This document shows, piece by piece, positions 53,196 through 63,210 of a DNA stretch of 64,000 nucleotides. The position numbers were made by a program, and so were the translations under genes. The notes beneath the pieces are model-generated. The model was not told where the DNA came from. It ran no database searches and saw nothing but the letters and a program-made list of their open reading frames with translations. This stretch comes from Felis catus (taxonomy: Eukaryota), in the NCBI RefSeq assembly GCF_018350175.1, contig NC_058375.1, forward strand, positions 114,018,001-114,082,000, read 5' to 3'. How positions within the stretch are numbered: position 1 is the first letter of the stretch; the number at the start of each line of letters is the position of its first letter.

Positions 53196-54642
53196 AAAAA
53201 ACACAGCCAGAAAAAAACAAAAACAACAAAACAAAAACACAGCCAAATTTCTCCACCTTCACCTCTTCTAGCACACCCCACCCCATCCCCAAATGGCAAG
53301 TTCTTTCTAGACAAAAACTCTGCACTTGCCCTTAAATCAAGTTTAGTTGATCAACATGTTAAAAATGCAACACAAAACTCAGAACCACCTGCTTTTGAAC
53401 CTCTGCCCCTCTCCAACAAATTTTAAATATAAGTTCAAGAAATAATTAATCAACCAAAGCCTTCTACCACAGTATCCCCTTCTGTTAGAGGCAATGTCTG
53501 GTAAATCAAGAAAAACGGGCCATTTACTCACTAAACTAAACACAATCCCTTATTATACAATTAACCAAAACACAATTGTATGTAATACAATTATACAGAC
53601 TACAATTACACAAAAGTAATGATGCAGTATAGATGGCAATGACTTTCATGTAATCGAAAATAATGAGAGTGTCCTTGATTAGAAATTAAGGTATCATAAG
53701 AGATCCCTATTGATGAATGTTCCCTCTGTTGAACTACATTTTGCAAAAGGCTGTGCTGGCTGATGAAGTCGGATGCTTCCCCCTCATTGTTAATAAAGAC
53801 TATCGGGGTGGCAACCATTCCGTGTAGTACCCTTTATTCTGAGATCGCTAAACTAGCACATTCTAATGAAGCACACATTTTATTACCCACTTATCCAGCT
53901 GGTCAAATAGAAAAAAAAATGAAGCAGAAGAGCCAGGAAGTCTGTGTGATTTGTTGAGGATCCCATGTGTAGTGGTATTAACAGAGAAACATGCACATAA
54001 AACTCCATCAAATTATATTGGTCATTCGGAGCATCCGAGGAGACTACAACCTACAGAGCTGATTGCTGTGCTGCTGAGGAGAAACACCTGTTACTTCTCA
54101 TCAGTGCCCCATGGATGGGGGTGGTTCCCTTCCTAGCTCCAGGCTGGTTCTCCGTCCATCCATCCTTCTCCCTTTTTCCTGGGTACTCTTTCTTGTAAGC
54201 AAATCTGATACCCCCCTTCCTGATTGTCATTTAGCACATGGGGCCACGTTCCATGGGCACACAAATTTCTTCATAATTCCTAACGGCCCCAATCTCTAGC
54301 CGTGTGCACACCATGTACTCCATCACAGTGACCTTCCATATCCACTGAGTTATGTTTTATTGACCCTAAGGCACTATTCATTGTTAACATATACCCTTAG
54401 TTTATATGCCGCTAAGAAAGACATGTTGCCAATTGAATGATGATGCGTCATGGATTATAAAATGCATCCCAATATTTAACAATGGAAAACAGGCACTTGG
54501 AACTGTTGAAATGCTTGCAAGCCATGATCTCTCCTATTTCTCTGCCACTCCCCATGCTACATCCAGAGGACCCATCGTACACCGGCACCCCTCATCACGC
54601 CTCAGGCAAGTCTGCTTGTCCTTTAAAATTTAGCTCAGCACC

Positions 54643-54847
54643 AGGGCACGTGGGTGGCTCAGTCTGTTGAGCGTCAGACTTGGGCTCAGGTCATGATCTC
54701 ATGGTTCGTGAGTTTGAGACTCACATCAGGCTCGCTGCTATCAGCGCAGAGCCTGATTCGGAGCCTCTGTCCGCCGCCCCGCCTCCTCTGTCCCTCCCCT
54801 GCTGGTGCTCTTTCTCTTAAAAATAAACATTAAAAAAAAAAAAAGAC
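54643..54847 (+). mobile_element. Can-SINE
   Basis: TSD ttagct(c/a)agcacc (54630-54642 and 54848-54860). Confidence 0.95.
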
Positions 54848-55522
54848 TTAGCTAAGCACCCCTTCCTGAAAACCTTCTTGACCTCATTCTCCCCACGGCC
54901 AGGCTGAGCTGCGGCTACCAGACGTCCCACAAATAAGAGTGCACTACTTGGGCATTTATTGCATTTTATCATAATGGCTCATTTATTCCATGATGGGACG
55001 TGAGCAGAGACCCTGTAACACCAACACATGGGTAAGCACTTCACACCTATTATTCACCCATTTGTTGAACGATATATCGACAAGGATGACTGTAACCACA
55101 AGAATGAAGGAGGTAAGTGCTAGAGATAAAACGTGGAGAGCACGCTAAGCCTGGCTGAAAACTCAGAACTGGTCCTCTTTAATTTTCCAAAGTGTGTCTT
55201 TGAAGCTAGAAATTTTAAATGTAAGAGGAGTTGGAGCCCAGAAGAAATAAAGAAAGAAACTGAACTTGTGCCACATCTGTGGGTTGCACAGTATTAAATG
55301 CTGATTCTCTCCATGGGGGATCTGCTCTTTTCTGCGCCAAAGAAGCTGTGGTTTGGAGGTGACACCACAGGTCAGTGGCCCCAGGAGTCACCTCACCACT
55401 GGACTACACGAACCTCTGTTCTAGACCCTGAGGGCCTGATGTTCATCTGCCCCTGTTAGAAAGGATGCTCCCTGCTCTAAAGAATAAAATGGCTTAAGAC
55501 CGAAGTAATCCCTCCCTCCTTT

Positions 55523-56037
55523 NNNNNNNNNNNNNNNNNNNNNNNNNNNNNNNNNNNNNNNNNNNNNNNNNNNNNNNNNNNNNNNNNNNNNNNNNNNNNN
55601 NNNNNNNNNNNNNNNNNNNNNNNNNNNNNNNNNNNNNNNNNNNNNNNNNNNNNNNNNNNNNNNNNNNNNNNNNNNNNNNNNNNNNNNNNNNNNNNNNNNN
55701 NNNNNNNNNNNNNNNNNNNNNNNNNNNNNNNNNNNNNNNNNNNNNNNNNNNNNNNNNNNNNNNNNNNNNNNNNNNNNNNNNNNNNNNNNNNNNNNNNNNN
55801 NNNNNNNNNNNNNNNNNNNNNNNNNNNNNNNNNNNNNNNNNNNNNNNNNNNNNNNNNNNNNNNNNNNNNNNNNNNNNNNNNNNNNNNNNNNNNNNNNNNN
55901 NNNNNNNNNNNNNNNNNNNNNNNNNNNNNNNNNNNNNNNNNNNNNNNNNNNNNNNNNNNNNNNNNNNNNNNNNNNNNNNNNNNNNNNNNNNNNNNNNNNN
56001 NNNNNNNNNNNNNNNNNNNNNNNNNNNNNNNNNNNNN
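55523..56037. other. Assembly gap (515 N), probable location of the missing CNTNAP5 exon
   Basis: Run of N; it is the largest gap between the two visible exons. Confidence 1.
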
Positions 56038-57329
56038 ACTGAAATGATCAGTCATTGCTTTGGCGACCTATTGATGGAGGACCTGGAGGTCTAATTGTTT
56101 GGGGGGCTTTTTCATTCACAGCAGGGCACACGTGTTCGTTGGAAATCCTAGCATTCTCAAAGAAGGGACAGAATTGGTATAAAACGGGGCATACTCAATC
56201 GTTGTACGGAACAGAAAACAACACGCGTTAAAGGGAACACCGATACTGTAACATTCACCTGGTCCCTCTTTCTTTTCGCCTGTAGGTAAACTATCCAACC
56301 ATCCAGTCGCATGGTGTATTTCACTCATCCCAAGAGGCAACATATTATAACTACTTGGGAGTTTGGGTTCTGTCTCGAAACACGCTTTAAATGCACAATT
56401 CAATTCTCAATTACACTTTCAAAGGAAATTATGGTTTGGGTAAGGATGGTGGCAGAGTAATCGTCTGGCTAATTGTTGGCATTAACAGGCTTAGTTCCTG
56501 AGAAAGGTACACACACAGGAACAGAACTGGAATTCTGAAGCGAGGCGCAAAGCAAACGCAGACGCCAAAGGAACTACGAGCTTAAACGCACCTAGTTATA
56601 GGGCTGTAATAGCACACTGAAAGGTTAACACCGTACCTCTTTAAAGGGTGTTCCTTAAAAAAACACTGCATTACGCTGATTTAGCATAGCTTGCAATCAG
56701 GGCACTTCTCATTAAGACAGGTACATGGCAATGTAGGTATATGAGCGCTTGTGCTCCATCCCGATGGGTTTTAATAGGTTCAGAGCATATGGGAATGCAA
56801 GCTTGAAAACATGGCAATAACCCATAAATAATTGGGAATTATTTCAGCCATTTCTAATAGACAGTCACTGCTGGGCTGATGCCCAGCAGCTGCTTAACAG
56901 CTCACAGGCACACCATAAAACGAAGAGAGATTCCTACAAGTTCTAATTGAAACTGTAGAGAGAATTTATGTAAGTTGACTATTATTGCTCAGGCTCATTT
57001 TTCACCTCCCTTAAGTTTATGGTCTATGTGTGGGGCGCTCGCTTAAATGCCGTTCAAATCGCAGATAAGTCTCAGCCTTGTAAACCCAGCGCCCCCTTAA
57101 CTGGGGGGAAGCCAGACATTTCGTCTTCGAGGCATTCTGCATGCCGTAATCATCGAACATCATTTTCCTCAGAAACAAATACAAGAATGCTTTTCTCTCT
57201 TTGTTAATGAGACACTGCATGTGATGCAAGAATTATGACGTCTGTGAAATGTATCTTAGGGTCCCCAAGACCCTTCTTCTGCTGCCTTTATGCTACATTT
57301 GCTAGCATCCCTTTGCTGTCCCAACGCAG

Positions 57330-57490
57330 CAGGTTGCGGAGAACACAGACCTGGGGGTGGGTCCCGATTCTAACGTTTACACAAGTTATTTCATTTCAGC
57401 AAACACCAGTCTTACTGTCTGTGAAATGGGGCTACAATTGCCTACTTCACAAAGTTCCTGCATGAATTAAATGGCGTAAGACACATACGA
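57330..57490 (+). mobile_element. MIR fragment
   Basis: cagacctgggggtgggtcccgattct...caagttatttcat...ctgtgaaatggggcta...tgaattaaatgg. Confidence 0.6.
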
Positions 57491-58650
57491 CATTAAGAGG
57501 CAAGGGAAGCTCCTTTCTTGTTGGAATCTGTTGTCCTTGCAGACGTGGGGATTTAGAGTGAAGGACAGAGGGTTTTGGTGGGGTCTTCAAAAATCAAACC
57601 ACAACAGTATTGCTCTATGCTGCTTCCCTTCCAGGATACTTTGTTATGTACAGTGCACTTATGCAAAGCCCCTTCTGGATTTCAAAACTTAACCCCGTGT
57701 CAGTGCCATGAGAGAAGTGATTTGCAAAGTCTATTTGAGAGACTGCACTTTGTAATTTTACACAAACACTTCCCTTCAGTTTCCTAATGGACGAAGAATT
57801 AGCAACCGGAGAACAGGCCCAGCCCACACCCGTGTTTACAAAAGGTGCATCCCGTGTGTCCATTTGCAAGCATGTAACCCTGACCCTGCTGGAGTTCTCC
57901 AGCAGTCTGACTTTGTTTCTCCATGTCCTAGATAAGGAAGTTCAGGGACCATCAGGGTCTTCCTCAAGGTCAGACGGCTCATTGACATTACTCTCTAGAG
58001 ACTGTTTCTATAATACAAACACATGACTAAAAAAATAGATACTAAGATTTTTAATGAAAGAAATAACTTGGGAAAAAAAAACTAAATAAAACTGCACATG
58101 CATCTATAAAAAGGCAGTGAATTCCTCATCATGTAGTTTTCATCCTTTCCAGTATGCCCCATGTCTTTGTCATTGGGAATGTTCCTAGGATTCACCTGGA
58201 AATGGGGACAGCTGGACCTGTATCGCCTGCTACACCGGAGCTACAAGTTCACAGGACTTCTAGACCTTCCCCATTTTTAGAGCCCTACTCCACGGGCATG
58301 CCCTCCAGGGATGTCGGGAAGGAAGGAACAGACGGGGGATTCAGACTGCAAAGCGGCAGAGTAGCCTATGTGGCTGAGGATCCTGGCTGTGCCTTCCCTG
58401 CCTTCCCATCTGGATTTTTCCTTTCGCAGGTACTGCTGACTGTTGGTACACATCCTCCAAGTTTTCAGCTGACTTCCTCCTTCCCAACGTGATCACGGAG
58501 CTTGGCATGGCTACAAAAATCTCCTTTGGACATGTTACATAACACCAGCTCTTATAGCTAAAGTTTTTCTTTTTTTCTTTTTTTTCCCCTCTGCACTGAC
58601 CTAGTTTATATCTGCACAGCTGTCAGAGAGTTTGCTTCATTATTTTGTGC

Positions 58651-58786
58651 NNNNNNNNNNNNNNNNNNNNNNNNNNNNNNNNNNNNNNNNNNNNNNNNNN
58701 NNNNNNNNNNNNNNNNNNNNNNNNNNNNNNNNNNNNNNNNNNNNNNNNNNNNNNNNNNNNNNNNNNNNNNNNNNNNNNNNNNNNNC
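58651..58786. other. Assembly gap (136 N)
   Basis: Run of N, 49 bp from the exon 9 boundary. Confidence 1.
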
Positions 58787-58835
58787 CATTGCATTCTCCC
58801 TCCGTCCTTTATTTTTCAAAAGCTGGGGAACTTAC

Positions 58836-58985
58836 CTCCAAAGTAGTAGCTATTTCCAGAATAAATCTGTACGCGAGTGGTGTCCTGGGCCGGGGATGCT
58901 GCATCATTATCCAGAGTAAGAGTGATGCGGTCCCTTCTGGCGGTGATGCTGACTGAATGCCACAAGCCATCATTCAAGCTGCTGC
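58836..58985 (-). CDS. CNTNAP5: CNTNAP5 internal coding exon (human exon 9 equivalent), laminin-G domain segment
   Basis: The 150-nt exon is bounded by ...ctgtttcttttgcag| and |gtaag, phase 1 at both ends. It translates to (G)[49 protein letters not shown](G). This matches recalled human CNTNAP5 [51 protein letters not shown] much better than CNTNAP2/3/4. Confidence 0.93.
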
Positions 58986-59356
58986 CTGCAAAAGAAACAG
59001 GGAAGGCAGTAGGGATGATTGACTGGGGAGATCTGGAGCCAGCGGGGCTCATCCTCCTCACCTGCCGGGCTCCGTGCTCCACACGTGTTCTCAGCAGCCT
59101 CCCTGTGTCTCCTTTTGCTTAAACTAAACCCCCAGCAGACCCATAAGCCTCACCTTCCCTCCTCTCTTTACCACTTCACTTCTCTTTTTTTTTTTTCAAA
59201 GTGGCTGAACAATGTCTGATACATTTGAGTTCAAAACAAAAGGGCAAAACACAAATTGGTCTGTATATTACAACCACAGGTGTTGCCAAATGAACTGACC
59301 TCTTGCTATAAATGCAAAGTAAAAGGTTGAAAGGAAAAAACTTAAAAATGCCCATG

Positions 59357-59511
59357 CCTGGGTGGCTCAGTTGGTTCAGCATCTGACTCTTGATTTCCGC
59401 CCAGGTCGGGATCTCACGGTTTGTGAGTTCGAGGCCTGTGTCAGGATCTGTGCTGGTAACACAGAGCCTGCTTGGGATCTTCTCTCTCCCTCTCTCTTTC
59501 TGCCCTTCCCC

Positions 59512-59557
<46 letters not shown>

Positions 59558-59573
59558 ATATATAAACTTACAA
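59357..59573 (+). mobile_element. Can-SINE, slightly 5'-truncated
   Basis: Perfect TSD aaaaatgcccatg (59344-59356 and 59574-59586); the initial ggggcg is missing. Confidence 0.95.
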
Positions 59574-59672
59574 AAAAATGCCCATGGTGATTTTATCTCT
59601 GTGTGGTAGGATTATAGGTGATTTGTTTTTCTCACATTTTCCTGCAAATGCCTTATGTTTCTTTTTTAGTAA

Positions 59673-59890
59673 GGGGCATGTGGGTGGCACAGTAGGTTCA
59701 GTGTCTGACTTTTGGTTTCAGCTCAGGTCATGATATCAGCCCTGTGTTCGAGCCCTGTGTCGGGCTCTGTGCTGGCAGCACAGAGCCTGCTTGGAATCCT
59801 CTCTCTACCTCTCTGCCCCTCCTCTGCTTGCACACCCTCTCTCCCTCAAAATAAATAAATAAAGTTAAAAAATTTTTAATTAAAAATAAA
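59673..59890 (+). mobile_element. Can-SINE
   Basis: Head ggggcatgtgggtggcacag, body and (aaat)n tail. Confidence 0.92.
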
Positions 59891-60180
59891 CTATTTTTAA
59901 AGGCAAAAGTAGATGAGGAAAGCCAGATTCTAGTGATGTGCCAGGCAAAGGCCGTCTACCTTTGGAGACACGTAATACACTAGCTCAATCTCAACATTTT
60001 TCCTTAACTAATTAGGTAACACTGGCTATTCCTACCTTCCTTGAAGTCTGGCTTTATTGTCTGCAAAGATCATAATTCCTACTCTGTGTCCTTGTTAAGA
60101 GGCTCCATTGAGATCAGGCAGGAAATGTCCTAGGACAGTTGGAGGCATCCTGAGTGTTTATTAAAAGGTAATTCTCTCAA

Positions 60181-60342
60181 GGGTGCCTGGATGGCTCAGT
60201 AGGTTGAGGGTCCAGCTCTCAATTTCAGCTCAGTTCATGATCACAGGGTCATGGGATAGAGCCCTGTGTTAGCCTCCCTGCTGAGTGTGGAGCCTGCTTA
60301 AGATTCTCTCTCTCTACCTCTGCCCCTACCCCACTTGCCTCA

Positions 60343-60395
<53 letters not shown>

Positions 60396-60415
60396 AATAA
60401 CAATGACAATTTTTT
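60181..60415 (+). mobile_element. Can-SINE
   Basis: Long (CT)n; approximate TSD aaggtaattc. Confidence 0.93.
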
Positions 60416-61006
60416 TTAAGGTAATTCCTATCTTGTTCTTTTGCCTCAGATGTCTTTGGTGCATAACTACCCTGCCAGCCTACCTTACTGAGAAAACTGT
60501 ACTGGGAATTAGTCATGAAGATGGGAATAGTTTCTTTCTAAAAAAATCTATCAGCTATTAAGACTCTGTTGGTGCCAAGTACTTGCTCGAGGAAACACAG
60601 TCTTATTCATCAGTATGGTCACAAAGATGTGTCTGTGACAAAAGCACACAGTCACACGTCTCCACTCAGTAGACATTTCTTGTGTCTTGCTATGTGCGGA
60701 GTTGTTTTCCTCCTCTTATTGCCTCAGTTTTCTCCCCTGCAACGTGGGGGAAATGACTTCTAGGCTGCTGTGATAATTATGCAGTAGTCAATACGGTAGT
60801 GCATGTAGAACGGTCCATGTCGCGTCATAAGCAGACAATGATGTCAGCTAAAACAAATGGACAGAAGAGCAACTATAAAATGGTCCCTGGCTTGTGAAGT
60901 ATGGAGAGTACCATCACCATGTGGTGGAGAGACATATCACATGATGTCTATAGGCTACCATTAAATGGAAGAGGCACGCAGTGAGGGTTACAACACTGTC
61001 CTCTGC

Positions 61007-61211
61007 GGGGCGCCTGGGTGGCTCAGTGGGTTAAGCGTCCAACTTGAGCTCAGGTGATGATCTCGTGGTTTGTGAGTTCAAGCCCCACATCAGGCTCTCT
61101 ATGGTCAGTGAGGAGCCTGCTTCAGGTCTTCTGTCTCCCTCTCTCCTGCTCCTCCCCAGCTTGCCCGCATTGTCTCTCTTTCTCAAAAATAAATATTTAA
61201 AAAAAAAAAAG
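61007..61211 (+). mobile_element. Can-SINE
   Basis: ggggcgcctgggtggctcagtgggttaagcg; approximate TSD ctgtcct(c/t)tg. Confidence 0.93.
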
Positions 61212-61639
61212 AATTCTGTCCTTTGAGTTCAGGGTAGTGGGACAGACAAAAAAGGCAAGAAAAGAACACAGCATACAGTTTTGGGTGGAGTGGTACTATG
61301 GAAGCAGAGAAGAAAGAAAACGTAACTAATGGCATAGGAGGATCCCCAAAAGACTTCACAGCAGAGATGGTGACAGTTTAGGGAAGTTCTGAGAAGTACA
61401 AAGAGTTCTCTACTCAGAGAGCAAGAGTCCAGGAGTCAAAGAGCCTGTACAAAAAAGCCAGGGTCTGCAATGAGAAGTGGGGGAGAACAAGAAGAAAGCC
61501 AGTGAGAAAGGATCCATTCACCCAGGGACCTGGCATGGAAAACTAAGGAATGGGTTTCCACAATTTCCTTGGATAAATGATTGTGTAAAGTGCTTTATTC
61601 AAGCCAAAAGGTTTTATTCAAGCCAAAGGTTTTCCATCA

Positions 61640-61988
61640 AAACCTTTGGGGATAGGACCCGAGGCATCTGCATTTAAAAAAAGAAATGTTTATTTATTTA
61701 TTTTGAGACATGGAGAGAGAATGGGGGGAGAGGGGCAGAGAGAGGAGAGAGAGAGAGAGAGAGAGACAGAAAGAGTGAGAGACAGAGAATCCCAAGCAGG
61801 CTCTGCACTGTCAGCATACAGCCCACCGTGGGGCTTGATCTCATGAACCATGAGATCATGATCGGAGCTGAAATCAAGAGTTGGATGCTCAACAGACTGA
61901 GCCACCCAGGCGCCCTGCGTCTGCATTTTTTTAAAAGCTCCCTGGGTGACTCTAACGTGCTGTCAGGAATGGAAACCACTGCTTTAGA
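61640..61988. mobile_element. MER5A-like fragment split by a SINE
   Basis: ggggataggacccgaggcatctgcattt | ttttaaaagctccctgggtgactctaacgtgctgtcagg...gaaaccactgctttag. Confidence 0.75.
61676..61915 (-). mobile_element. Can-SINE nested in a MER5A-like element
   Basis: TSD gc(a/g)tctgcattt. Confidence 0.94.
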
Positions 61989-63111
61989 ACAATGGGAGGC
62001 CATGAAGGGTCTTCAGCATGGGAATGACCTAGCTGGAGGTCCACTGTGCAAAGATGGGGTGGCAGAGAACATCTGGGAGTCAAAGCAGGAAGCACAATGG
62101 GTGGGGCCTACTGCTTGCACTGGCCCCAGAAGACCAGATGATAAGGGTCTCAGCCAAAGTAGCAGCAGTGACAATGGAGAGCAAGGGACAGAGTAAGAGC
62201 TGTTTCTGGAGGTAAAAGAAATCAGACTTGGTAGAGCCTACTGGAGCAGGTCCTAAGAAACCAGCTGGAAAGCAAGCACTGAAAATCAGAGGAGAGGTCT
62301 GCAGGGCTTTTCAGAATAGCTACTGAAGCACGTGTGCCCCTGAGCCCTCATAGGGTTGGAGAAGGTGCCCAGGGAGCAGCACAGCACCAGGCTGGGAGCC
62401 CAGCTGCACTGCACCAGGCAGCTGGGTCCCATCTGCTCACAACAGGCCAGATGCAAGGGACCCCCCTGCATTTCCAGCCAGCTTCTTGGCAGCCTTGGCT
62501 GCGGCCCTGAACATCTGCTTGGGGTGAACCCGGGGGCTGCTCAACCTGGCGGCCGTACTTCCTCCCAAAAGCCAGAGTTTGGGTCCTAACCACGGGGACT
62601 CTGCTAATGAGGTAGAGGATGTGTCACGCGTTTCCCGGCAATGAACATTTGACTTCCGGCAGGGGCATTTGGGGGGCACGGCCAGCTGTGGGTCTTTACT
62701 TCTTTTTATTCTCATTTGCATGCTGATTTAAATACATTTGCATAACACAGGAGACTGCATCTGCAGACAAACTATAGACTGTTTGAGCTGGAAGAGGCGT
62801 CAGTAACTAACCCAATTTAGAAGAAGTAAATACCACCCCCCCCCTCCCCCCAGGGACCAGTGCCCTGCTCAGCATCAGGGCTCCAGTAAGAAGAGAACGG
62901 AGGCATGCAGAGTGTCCTGCCTAATCAGAGATGCATCCTCTAGTCATTTCACAGATGACACTGGCCTGAGACAAGAGGTCTAACCCGTGGGAGTGGCAAG
63001 GCCAGAACACTGGCCTTTGTGTTCTGTTGCCTGGTCCCCTCCCCTTCCCACATCACTGTCCATATCGCTCTCTTCAACACTGTCACTTAATGAGGGTTTG
63101 CATGGTTGCTT

Positions 63112-63210
63112 GTCTTTTTTTTTTTTCCTTTCTTTCTTTCTTCTTCTCTTTTTTCCCTCCCTTTTTGGTCTGCTTTTCCTTTTGGTTTGATCTTTTTGAT
63201 CTTTTCCTCC
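63112..63210. repeat. Pyrimidine-rich low-complexity tract
   Basis: tctttttttttttcctttctttctttcttcttctcttttttccctccctttttgg... Confidence 0.85.

Noticed and set aside
52974-53426. 150-aa ORF with an SLSLSL run
   Set aside because: It is a translation of a Can-SINE (CT)n and tail. The same applies to the many MAQSVK/MISAQV/RERERE ORFs.
53541-53615. CRISPR-like repeat/spacer appearance
   Set aside because: The 7-bp core and 8-bp spacers are far too short, the DNA is mammalian and there are no cas genes. It is kept only as a motif array.
56038-56047. actgaaatga at the gap edge matches 10 nt of recalled human exon 10 (reverse complement)
   Set aside because: The similarity does not extend beyond 10 nt and no exon-10 peptide is encoded next to it, so it is treated as chance.
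55477-56055. Long ORFs containing X runs (also near 1668, 32609, 42178, 58606)
   Set aside because: They are artefacts of translating through N gaps.
61594-61633. About 20-bp tandem duplication (also a 14-bp one near 5602 and a 9-bp one near 29347)
   Set aside because: These are ordinary slippage duplications with no sign of function.
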